A stretch of DNA of 59,265 nucleotides, counting the filler, from Dirinaria sp. TL-2023a (lineage: Eukaryota), in NCBI GenBank assembly GCA_051941275.1. It is 3 parts of 3 records of this genome, joined end to end, with 100 filler letters (N's around TTAATTAATTAA, not from the genome) between each part and the next. Parts side by side here need not be neighbours in the genome. Positions count along the whole stretch, not along the records: positions 19,808 to 39,489 come from JAVEBF010000318.1; positions 39,590 to 59,265 come from JAVEBF010000319.1; 1 more part is not named here. One strand, given 5' to 3'. This document shows, piece after piece, positions 35,275 to 46,500 of this stretch. Below the pieces are notes generated by a model that was given only the letters and a program-made list of their open reading frames with translations, had not been told where the DNA came from and did no database searches. The translations under genes and the position numbers were made by a program. Position 1 is the stretch's first letter, and each line of letters starts with the position of its first letter.

Positions 35275-36801
35275 ATGGCAATTGCCAGAGACCAAGCGTA
35301 CAGCTCATTGGAAGTTATTCCGCAACAATTCACGCCTTACACGAGTCAAAAAGAAAAATTCGTAACTGCGGATTTAGAAAAGGAGGCTGTTCCGGATGAT
35401 GGCAAGCAGGTTTCTTCCAAGCAGGGCGAAGAGGTCACTCCGGAGAACGGCAAACAGTGTGCACTGAACAGTGATGGGACTGAAAAGATCATAAAGGGAG
35501 ACCTCGATACGCACGAAAACAGCAGCAACCATTTCCCAAGACACCGATCGTGGAAAACCAAGCGGCTACTATTGATTGGAGCTGTGTTTCTGATAGTCAT
35601 TTTGGCAGCAGTGCTCGGCGGAGTGTTGGGAACGCGACATGGAACACGGCATAAGAGTTCTTCGACAGCATCACCAGAGGTCCCATCGAATACGTCAAAC
35701 ACTTCTTCCGCGGTGCCATCCCAGCGTAACATCGCCGCCTTGTCCTTCGCATTGAACTCCGTGAACAACACGCGCCTTTACTTCCAGGACGATGTCGGCC
35801 AGATAATGGAGGCCGGGAATTCTGATACAAACACCACATGGAGCGTGAGGGGAACTGGCATCAATGGCAAGAATGGATCTACCATTGCTGCAGCAGTTTC
35901 ACGCCCAGGTTTTCCTCTGGTAACCTACATGTAGTCGGCATCTATCCATCCGTGCTGATATGTCTCAAGGCTATCAGTGTATTTTACCTGAACGGTAGTG
36001 ACGTCATCCACGACGTCAGCTACACACCCTCGACGGGCTGGACTCCGGGCAGGCTCGCAGATCAGGGGTACACTGCAATGCCTAATGCGAGCTTGTCGGC
36101 CATGTATAACCAATGCAGGCTGTGTGCTAACACCACGATCATTGCTTTTCAAGACAAGAACGGGTTCGTTCAGATCGGCAATCTCACCTCACTTGGCTGG
36201 AATTTGGTGCAATTAGGTCCAGGCCTTGCCCCGCAAATAGGAACCGCACTTGCACTGCAGCCATTTTATCGCAGCGGATTGGAGGATCAGATCAACCTCT
36301 ACTATCAGAAGTCTAACCTTAATATGAGCTTGGCAACCTGGCAACTAGCCGTACCGGGTATTTGTGGTTTGCCGTCATGACGCTTGTTCACAGTTTGCTG
36401 ACTCTCGAACCGTAGTTGACGGCTGGAGACTTTCCGCGCAAATCTATCATGCTATTCCATCCGGGTCACCCATAGCCGCCGCTTCCTCCTATTCCAATGT
36501 CTCCACCGGCTTCGAGACCTGGATTGAGGTCTTGTCACTCTCAGACAGAGGCATCGAAGTCAACACATGGTCGGGAGCCATAAACGCCTGGGCGCAACAA
36601 TATGTACATCCCTCAGTGATGGTGAACTCGACGAACATCAAGGGGGCCTTTGAAGATGTGGCAGTTACTGCCACGGGAAACGCATTCGGTGTACTCAAGC
36701 AACAAGGCCATGCGGATACTATCCAACATTGGCTAGTCGAGGATGACACAGTCAATTGGAACTTGCTCGGAACGGTCGATCTAGGTGGTGTGTGGGGATG
36801 A
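35275..36801 (+). CDS. Type II membrane-anchored fungal fucose-specific-lectin-like beta-propeller protein; 3 exons
   Basis: Cytosolic N-tail, basic patch, then TM LLLIGAVFLIVILAAVLGGVLG and a Ser/Thr stalk. Repeated blades TRLYFQD..G.I..W, GSTIAA, ISVFYLN, IAFQDKNG, GTALAL, INLYYQ, GSPIAA. Introns 35920-35969 and 36358-36415. Confidence 0.8.
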
Positions 36802-37298
36802 GCTGCACCTGAAGGTGCTGAGAGCTCTGACGCTGGGTAAACTCTAATTTCATCAGGCACAGGTATACGACGCGAGAGTCACGCTTTATTAAGCCTCGGG
36901 AATTTCCACAAAGCGAAAGCACGATGCTTGGATATAGCTCGACATGAAGAAAAAGCCGTATATACGTTGATGCCGAAGATCAGCTACTCTTCGCTGATGC
37001 AGGCCACATCTAGACATGACGCACGTGTTCTGAGTCTAAAAGTTCACTCCAGAAATGAGCGCCACATAAGCTTGCTAATTGATCGAATTCACCAATCACG
37101 TGGGGATATTTTATCTTCTGGTGGGTACTAACACGTCTCCTGAAGGCTATAGCCAAGATAACTCCGTTCTGAGTAAGTTACAGCAGGCCCCGATTGCAAT
37201 GCCTCCGCGCAGAGCATACATGAAAGAAACTTGAGCACCCCTTCGTAAGTGAGCTTTCATACTGCTCAACTTGTAACATCTATAGCAAGTATCTGCTT

Positions 37299-38546
37299 TC
37301 ACTCCAACTGCTTCATGACAAATGGTACGTAAGCACCCGTAATACTCACATCTCTCTCCGGGTTGTATTTCTCGAGGCTGTCTAGGGGTCCATATTTTTC
37401 ACAAAGATAAAGCATATCATTATACGCACTGCAGAGCCTCGTTTAGCAGTTTGTCTTACTTTTGACAGGGGATCCTCACATTTGTCTCGAAGCACTTCCT
37501 GGATGTCCCGCAGAGTCATTCAAATACGGATGGATGCTGTAAAGCCGATTGCGGTCGTCCCATTCTTCCACAGGCTCCGATGGCTCGATATGGCGCTGAT
37601 AAAGTCGCATATAAATGGGTGAATTGAAGTAGAACGCCCAGGAGCACCTCCAAGTTCCGAATTCCATTTCATTATGGGCATATGTGGACCCAGGATCGAA
37701 GACGACAGTGTCACCCGTTTCCATGTCGATCCCAACATTTCGTTCCCACAAATCGCCATGTATCAGTGCCGGGGTTATATCCCGGCCATCAGACTGCAGA
37801 GCGCCCAAGAGCCTCGGTATGACCACATCGATAAGTTGCTTGCAAGCGGCGTCGAATTCTACCCAAGGTCCATTGGTCTCATTGTCATATTTGATTACAT
37901 CTTTAAGTTGGTGGGTGAAGGATTCCGCCCAACTCTTCTCCCAGGTTACTGTACGTTCCATTATGCCACATGTGGTCGGAACAGGGAATCCAAACATCCC
38001 ATTTGGCGAGGTTCCGCTGCGATGAAGCTCTGCTATCTGAGATACAAAGTGCAGTGGTTCTGGAGCTGTGGAGAAATCCATGTCATGGAAGTCTCCTAGG
38101 AAGAAGTATGATTGGGACTCGCCATTATGATACTCTTCCCATGCTGCTGGTTTGGGCACCAATCCTGGTACCAGAGCATCGATAGCAGATGCAGAATAAA
38201 ATTCGCCCTCGGCCAAAGCTCGTGCACCCTGCCCAGTCGCACACTGTGTGGTATCAATATTTTATTAACAAGCATTGACTCAACCGGGCGAATGTCGATT
38301 TACCTTCATAAAATATCTCTTGGGACTTCCGTTTGGTAGTCTGACCAAGACTTTCGCAGTCTTCGTCCAGGTAGACACACCATAAGACTCGGCTGAGATA
38401 ACCTTCGTCCCGCTTGGCATGGCTTGCGAGGTTCGTGTTAGTTTTCCGTGGATTTATTATCTGCGGGGATCCATACCCTCAACAACGACCTTGTGGATAG
38501 GGAAGTCTCCCTCGATCCCCAACTCCCAGTCAGACGAATTTGACAT
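37299..38546 (-). CDS. Fructosamine/ribulosamine 3-kinase family protein; 4 exons
   Basis: Introns 38423-38476, 38244-38303 and 37429-37479. Motifs RYFMK, AEGEF, PNGMFGFPVPTTCG, PALIHGDLWERN, VVFDP..YAHNEMEFG, WDDRNRLY. Confidence 0.9.
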
Positions 38547-39489
38547 GCTTTGGTGTTGGAATGAGTTTCTGCCGCAATAAGCACTGTCACACAAAGAGTA
38601 AGTATGTATATAGAGGCGTATTGGTACACGTGCTTAGAGAAAGTCCCTCTCTGAATCAGGTGGAATCGAGTGTATGAAGAGGATCTGCGGGCCGAGGTTT
38701 GCCCATTCCTTCCTCCCATCATACACTCGAGCTTCATCCTACTCTATCGCTACCTTCATCGAGTTTTGCTCCGTGATGCCAGACTCCTGGTTCTCCTGCG
38801 AAGGAAGAAGTAATAATAGCACTGGTAGGACACAACAAAGGCATTCAATACACTAAAACATAATATTCTGTTATCGGATGAGATGCGCTACACCATTGAA
38901 CTCATCAAATACACGGATGTCTATGAGTAGCTTCCCTTTAGAGTGTAGAGAAATTTGCAAAACCCAGGTCGGTTATAATTCTATTTTTTGTCTGGTTTAG
39001 ATACATTTAATCTACTCGTACTGTGTAAAGCGAATTACGCACACTATTACGGAAATATGTATCCTGAGCGAGACGTTCCTGGAGGATCCTCAAAGTGTAT
39101 AAATGTAAGAGGAGGAGGATAACCTAGGTTTCGCAGGAAGTGACGTCTTTGGGCTCAGTGTCCAGAGTAACAAACGAGAGATGAGTACTATGCCTCTCTC
39201 CTCACCTCTTTCTCTTTCAGATCCCTGATACATAAGAGTTACTAAGCGGACTTTCCTAGGTGGTTTACGATCAAGAAACCTATAGAGGACTGCGTCTGAG
39301 TTTGAAACTGGTGATGGTGATAGCATCGATAAATTAGAAATTTATAATGGCTGTAGTTGACGTACGGAGAATTTCAGCCTGCTTGCCAGTGGAATGAGGC
39401 CGGAGGTTTTAGAATCGGTTTGGTTTTCGAAGTCTTATAATTAGCGTTTTAGGCTGGAATCAAATTGTATGCAAGTATAGATCATGAAG

Positions 39490-39589
39490 NNNNNNNNNNN
39501 NNNNNNNNNNNNNNNNNNNNNNNNNNNNNNNNNTTAATTAATTAANNNNNNNNNNNNNNNNNNNNNNNNNNNNNNNNNNNNNNNNNNNN
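39490..39589. other. Artificial assembly gap/spacer
   Basis: Exactly 100 bp of N with central TTAATTAATTAA. Confidence 0.98.
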
Positions 39590-40086
39590 GGGCTAGAGTT
39601 GGGAAGGTGAGGGATTTTGGTTTTTTCTATTGTAGACTTGCATTCTTGCTTTGCATCCCTTTTTCTTATCAGCCATTCCACTTGTCCACTATCATTTACT
39701 AGTCCTTTTCAAATGTCTTGTTTTCGAAGATGTTGTGTCTCTTATCTGTCATAGCATCTAACATCATAGCACACAGTATCGCGAAGCTCTGGAACTCGGC
39801 TGCTGGTGGAATATTGCTAAACCCTTCTCACTTTCTCCAAGCCACTATAGAGTCTCTCGAATTAATCTTGAGCCGATGGCTCGTTCACAAGCCTTTCTAA
39901 CAACAAGTAATGCAGTACTGCAAGATTGCGCCCCTATGCTCTGTCGGCAACAACGAAGTGCTGCCGGACTACACCATCGTCTACGGCGAGAACCAAAGAA
40001 GGACTGGGGGCGCCGAAGAGGAGACCTTGCGAGCGAAAATGGTCGAGCAACATTATCAGACGCTGAAGAAGTTAGGGACGAAATGA
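39590..40086 (+). CDS. 3' end of a dynactin p27 (DCTN6)-like left-handed beta-helix protein, truncated by the gap
   Basis: Exon ARVGK (to 39606), intron 39607-39915 (GTGAGG..TTCTAAC..CAG), exon 39916-40086 YCKIAPLCSVGNNEVLPDYTIVYGENQRR..LRAKMVEQHYQTLKKLGTK*. Resembles the C-terminus of fungal dynactin p27 proteins. Confidence 0.7.
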
Positions 40087-40596
40087 AACGGTCTAAGAGA
40101 TGAACCAGTGTTAGGATTGGCATTACACTCCGAAGTTTCTGACGACGATGATGTGCAGCAGCTGCATTGGAAGGTGCAAATGGCACTTCGGTTCGCTGTC
40201 TAACCGACGATGAGACAACATTCAAATGCAGGCTCATGCAGAGGCTCCGAGGGCGATACTGGGACAGCAAAGAGATTCCCAGTGGTCGGTAAGAAACGTC
40301 TTTGACATGATAGCAGGCAGTCATTCGATAAGAGCGGGCTTGGAGAGGCAAAATTGGCTACAATAGCGGCCATCTTTGAGAAGACGGTTGGAACCACATA
40401 GCACAGATTTGGTATTACAATATCACATTCGTTGATCGTGGTTTCTGAGACCGATGCTCGGTCGCACAATTGCAAATTTTCCCAAGCAAGCGCCTTGCTG
40501 CTCGACTTTGAAAACAAAACCTGGAGATAACGCATTATCCCCAGAAACCCTCCCAAATCAAGACAATCCCGTTTCCATCTGGGCATTCCACATATA

Positions 40597-43500
40597 TCAA
40601 GGTCCTCCGCGACCACCTCTGATCCTTTTCCCGTTCCCTCCTCCATCTCCGTGCTGTCCCTCCTGTGCTTCGTCTCGAGGCCGCTTGTTTCCTGGCACAA
40701 ATTGTCTCGCGGATGCGTTCAAGCTGGCGCTCGTTGGACTAGCGCGTCCTTGTGGCTGCCCTTGTGGCTGCCCTTGTGTTTGCTCTTGTGTCCGGGTAGT
40801 ATCGATGGACTGACCACCACCCCAACCTTGACCCCTGCCTCTGGCATTCCCTCTACCACGGATCGAGCCGCCTCTGGCAATTGGCAAACCCGATTGCTGC
40901 AAACTTCGTGCCGCTGCTGGGCCTGCGCCTTGACTGAAAGGGTTATTCTGACCTGATGCTGCTGGCTTTGGAGGTAGGCCGCCCGCAGGCTGCGAAGAAG
41001 GCTGTCGCTGCGGCTGGCTGGTCCCATTTATGGGATTTGTGTTTTGCTGCCCATCAGCAACCGGCTGAGGTAATGCGACCGACGCTTGAGGATTATTAGA
41101 GGCTGGTCGCTGCGGTTGGCTTTGCGGAAGTGTGGCATTCGCTTGAGGCGGAAGAGGTGCTGGTTGTTGATCGCTAGATGTACTATTGTGGGATTGGGTT
41201 TGGATATTCCGAGGGACGCTGGGTTGCCCAAAAGAACCTGCTGCTGCTGCGTTGGGCGATTGGGTTTGACCGCTCTGGGCAAAATTGCTTGGGAGACTGA
41301 AACCGCTGGGCTGACCAAAGGTGCTCGGTCTTCCAAAGCTACTCGGCTGCCCAAACGACGAGACAGGGGCCTTCGGAACTTGGCTTTGCGAATCAGCTAC
41401 AGGAGCTGATACCTGCTCAGAGGTAGAAGAAGCTGCCGCCGGTTTCTGGACCACAGGACTGGCAACATTTGCTGACGGTGGCGCTACTGCAACCTCGGCC
41501 TTTGCGTTCTTCGCAACATCCCAGACTTCAATTACCGGCCTCTGAGGCGTTTCGTTGGCTGCTGTTTGTATGACTGCTAATTTGGCTTGCGCTGCCTTTG
41601 CTTTGTTCTCCGACATACTGACCTTGAGCTGGTTACGCTTCTGCTCCATCGCTACAGCATGGTCTTTCATGGTGTTAGCTTTGCTTTGAGTCTCCGCAAG
41701 CTTCTCGGCTAAGTCCTTCTCATGTTCCTCTCGAAGCTGGGCAGACAGAATCTCCTTGGCTTTGTCGACTTGCGTTGTAACATTCTTCCTCAAAACAACT
41801 CTGACCACATTGTTTGATCTGATCAAGTCCTGGGCTTCGGCATCTGAAATATCCGTAAGAGCTCTAGGAGCTTGAGTATCTGTACTTGAAGCTAGATTTG
41901 TAGTTTCAGATTGAGATTGTGGATGGTCAGAGGCCCATTTCTCTTTGAATTGGGCGAACCTGGACTCTTCTTGCTTCTTCAATTCGTCGAGTTCATCATG
42001 ATGCCGCGTTCTCAACTTCTCTAGTTCTTGTACGTGATCAGACTTGAGCTTCTCGATCTCCTGCTCATGCTCCACTGCGATGCTCTGCCTATACTTCTCT
42101 TTGGCATCCGCTAGCTTGTTCGTCAATTGGGTTCGCATGGTTTCTGACCTCTTCTTGAAGGTTTCTTCAATCTGCGCAAGCCGATCATTGTGTCTTGCTT
42201 CGAGTTCAGCGCGGATTTCCTCAACTCGTTCTGTAAGCTGTTCTGTGACTGACTTTCCACCTTCTTCGGTCGTCCTTTTATCCAGGGACTCGGACGCAGA
42301 TGCTGTCGCTCGAAGGGCTTCAGCATCTTGTTGAGCCTGCACTAGATCTCGCCTTAATCTTTCTAGGTCGGCTTCATGAGCGGTAGAAGCTAACGTGGAC
42401 TGTTCTTGTTGTTGATTCCGCAAGTCACCAAGTGAGGTATTCAAGCCGTCAATTATCTGCTGGCTGTGGCTCTAGTGAAGACTGTCAGCAAGAATAGAAT
42501 GGCGACTTTCGACGAGACACTCACAGATTGAGCTTCAAGCTCAGCGACCCTTGACTCAGCTGAAACGAGTTGCTCTTGAAAAGCCAGCGATCGGGAAGAT
42601 TCTTCACTAAGCTTGGTTTCAGACGTCAAGAGCTTGTCCTGAAGAGCCTGAACATCGGCGGTGTTATGTTTGGAGCCTGCCTCGTCATCAACCTGCCCTT
42701 CCTCAACCTCGGCCTGCGCGTCATTGTTGGTCGAATTTGCCTCAGCTAGTGCTTTCTCGGCTTTTGCAGCATTGAGTTCCTGTTGTGCATTAGACAGCTG
42801 CTGTTCGATATCCTGTTTCTCCTTCAAAGCAGCTTGCAGCATTGCGTCTTTCTCCTTTACTTGGTCAGAGAGCATTTTCGATCGCGCTTTGAACTGCTCT
42901 GTGAGTTTCGACCTAAGCTCCGCAACACGTTCATCGCCTTGTTTCCGAGCGTTCGCTGAGAGACTATCGTATTCTTCCTGCACGCTGGCTTTGGAGGACA
43001 CCAATTCGTCCCGCTCCGTCTCTAGCATTTGTAGCCTGGTCTTCAAAGCATCCATTTCGGCAGGATCTATCCGATCGTATTTTTGAAGGATATCCTGGGT
43101 CCGTTGTTGCCACCTCTCTCGATCTTCCCTCAATAGATTTGCCTCTCCAGCTTGAGTCTCTAACTGGTTTTTCAATTCCTTGACTTCCGCTTCTAGGGGT
43201 CCGACCTGAGCTTGAAGCTCATCGAATTGTTGAGACTTGAGGGTCAAAGAAGCTTGCGCTTGTCGAGCCTCATGGCGCAGGGTGACATTGCTTTCACGGA
43301 AAGTGCTAAGCTCATTGATAGTCTCCATCAGCTTGTTGTGGTTGAGCGACGTGCGCTCACTATCCTGCTCCAACCGGCGTTGCTGGTTCAGGCGTAATCG
43401 AGTCTCGTCCAGTTGCGACTGAGTGTAATCCAGCTGCTGCTTTAATCGCTTGCCTTCGGTTTCTGATAATGAGTACTGGACTTCAATGATCTCCTTCTCT

Positions 43501-46500
43501 CGGCGGAGATACTTGATAATTTCATGTAGGTTTTCAATACTTTGGGACGTCGATTCGCTCTGGTCCTCCGTCGATATCTCATCGCCACCTTCCGGAGCCT
43601 TGCGTTTCCTGAGGTCAGCAATTTGGCTGCTCACGTCATCCAGTTGTTGGAGCAAGCGGTTATTCTGAGCATTGAGGCCTTCTCGTCCGGTTTTCAGATC
43701 AGATATTTCCCTTTCATAGTGTTTCTTCGATTCCGCCCAACTTTCTTCATTCTGCGAAAGATTCGTACGTGCCGATTCATTCTCCGTTTTCAGCTCAACA
43801 AGTTCGAGTTTGAGCTGGTTATAATCATTGCGTACCCTTTGTAACAATTTTGCAGCCTCGGCATGCTTCACTAGCTCGTTCTCGTAATTTTGCTGGGCCT
43901 GTTGAGCAATTTCCGCTTGCTTTTTGAGATCTTCTTGGGAGAAATACGCAGTGCTTGATTGGCGCTCGACTTCGTCTCTTAGCTGCGCTTTTTCACTTTC
44001 GAAGGATGTTTTCTGCTCTTCTAATCGCTTGCCATGTTCCGCTTGAGAGCTGCGTAAAACAGATAATTCCGAATCTCTTGAAGCAAGCTCGGTACTGGTG
44101 TCCGTAATGCGTTGTTCTAGTTCTTTGACCTTATTGTTCTTTTCTTCGATAGTTCTGTCTGTCTCCTGACGATACAACTCCTGTGTTTCGTTCAAACTTT
44201 GCAACTCTTCTTCTGAAGCTTGACTAATTGCCTTGTACTGCTCCACTTGGTCCTTCGCGTTCTCCAGCTCTGCTCGAGCTAGATCAAGGTCCCTTCTAAG
44301 CTCTGACACTTGGACACTGAGTTCCTGCTCCTTACTCAGCGCGGATGACTCCTCCTCTTGCGATACATAATTATGGTTTCCTCCAGTCGTAGCTGTAGAG
44401 CTCTCTGAATGATGTGGCTGTAGGACTTCCACACGCTCTTCTGCACTCCGGAGCTGTATGGTCAGCTCATCGACTCTTGCTTGCAAATGATCGCGGCTTG
44501 TCTTCGCGCCAACGAGTTCTTCCCGAGTCGAGGAAAGGCTGGAGACGAGGTCATCAAGTCGCTTTTGATTTTGCTGCTGCTCGTACTCGTGTCGAGAAAG
44601 AGCTCGCTTGCTCTTCTCTAGCTCCTCCGAGAGCTTACCCTTCGTGGTCTGAAGCTCCCGCTCGAGATTTTCGATCTGCACCTGCAATCGCCGACGAGTC
44701 TCGGTATCCGCATGTTCCCGTTCGTTCATTAAGTTTTGGAAATTCGCATTAAGAGTGTTGAGGCGCTTTTGCTCGTTTAATAGATTGTCGTTGTCTTCCG
44801 AAAGTCGTTTCTCAATGCCTTTCCAGAATTCCTTCTCCGCTTTGAGATTAGCGGTCTCATTCCGCATGCTGTCAGCAAGGCCTTTGATTTCCACTAAGTC
44901 CTCCGTAATTTGCTGGGTCCGAATTTCTTGTTTCGCGGCATTTTCAGAGTAAAATTGAGACCTCTTTTGCAATTCAACGTTTTCGCTCTTGAGCATGGCA
45001 TAATTAGATTGAAGCATCTCGTACCGCTCATGCGCCAGAGTGACTTGGCTTTTGCTCCTCGAAACGTCGCCTCGAAGTTCGCTGTTGCTTCTTGACAAGT
45101 TGTCAACCTGCTGCTTCAGTGTCGAACGATCTGTAGCTGCTTCTTGACGGTAGGCGTCGAAATGTGCCTGCATATCTTTCAGAAGTTTGGCATAGTCAGC
45201 CATGTCTTTAGAGCTTGGTGAGCCTTGGCCTGTATTGAAGATTGATCTACTCGGAGTTGCCGGCAGTTTTCCTTCCATAGATTCACCAGAGATGGAGTTG
45301 ACGTCCTGGCCCCTATTTAACAGCATACGTTTGAAAATATCGCGCTCCCGCACGTAGCTTTCCGACTGGGTAATCAAGGACTTGATCTCGTCCCTACATC
45401 GCTCGTATTTCTGCTTCATGTCTTCGAATCCCTGTGCAGTTGCTGTTGACTCTTTACGAAGTGCTTCTTCGCGTTCCATGCGCTCACCGAGCTCTCTGGT
45501 TACCTTGACCAGCTTGCTATTTTGCTCTTCTAATTCAGTAATATTCTTGAAGGTCACTAGGTTCTGACTGATGAAACGATCCGTGTCGGTGGTATCATCC
45601 ATCTCATCTTCGTTGAGCTGACCTTGTGCTAAGCGTTCTAGCTGCAGATGACGTTCAGGACTTAGCTCGTCAAGGCCCTGACTTCGTAGATGAACTTCCA
45701 TGAGTAGAACTTTGACTTGAGAACTTAAATCCCGGAGCTGTTGTCGCAAAACCTCTCCTTCCTTTAGCTTTGATTCGACCATGCCCTGGCTCTTCCTGGC
45801 TTCTTTCGTAGCTTGATCTCGTTCTTTCCCGATGGCATCTACCAAGGACGACATCTCAGCAACGTCTGATTGCAAGCGAGCGTGTTCTGATTGAAGCTCC
45901 TCGACCTGTGGTTGCTGAGCTTCTACATCTTGCATCATCTCTTCGATAGTTGCACCAAGCTTTTCACTACGGCGCCTCTCTTGCTCAAGCTCCGCCTTGA
46001 GGTTATTATTGTCGCTGTAGAGTTGCGTTAAGCTCATGCCACTTTTGGCTCTCCCAGGGTTGGGGGAACCCAGACGCGATCCGATCCTATTTGGCGTCAT
46101 AGATCCGTTGATGCCTTGTGGTGGAGAGCCCCGCATGGAGACTCGATCTCGCATTAACGCAAGCTCGGCCTCGAGTCGCTCAGTCTTCGCCTCTAATTCG
46201 GCATTTCTCTGCTCTGCAACCTCTTTTTCACGATGTTCCGTGTCACATTCCGCAAAAATTCTTCCAATCTCATCGGCCGCCGCTTCTTTACTAGTCTCCA
46301 GTTGCTGATGAAGGTCTTGCTGTCGCTGTCGCTCAGTATTCGCGGAATTCTGCATGAGCTGGGCTAGACGGTTGGCTGAGTCCAATTCAATGCTGAAAGC
46401 TTCCTCTTTGCTGACCAGTTCTTCCTGCATTTGCTGAATCTTTGAAAAAGCATCATCAGCTTTCTGGCCAACCTCATCGAGCCGTGTCCGTAAGGTCTTC

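Noticed and set aside
21783..39489. Accessory block as cargo of a Starship or other giant transposon
   Set aside because: No DUF3435 tyrosine-recombinase captain, transposase or boundary repeats are visible; it cannot be excluded beyond the gaps.
39876..40103. 75-aa ORF MARSQAFL..
   Set aside because: Overlaps, in another frame, the better-supported dynactin p27-like terminal exon.
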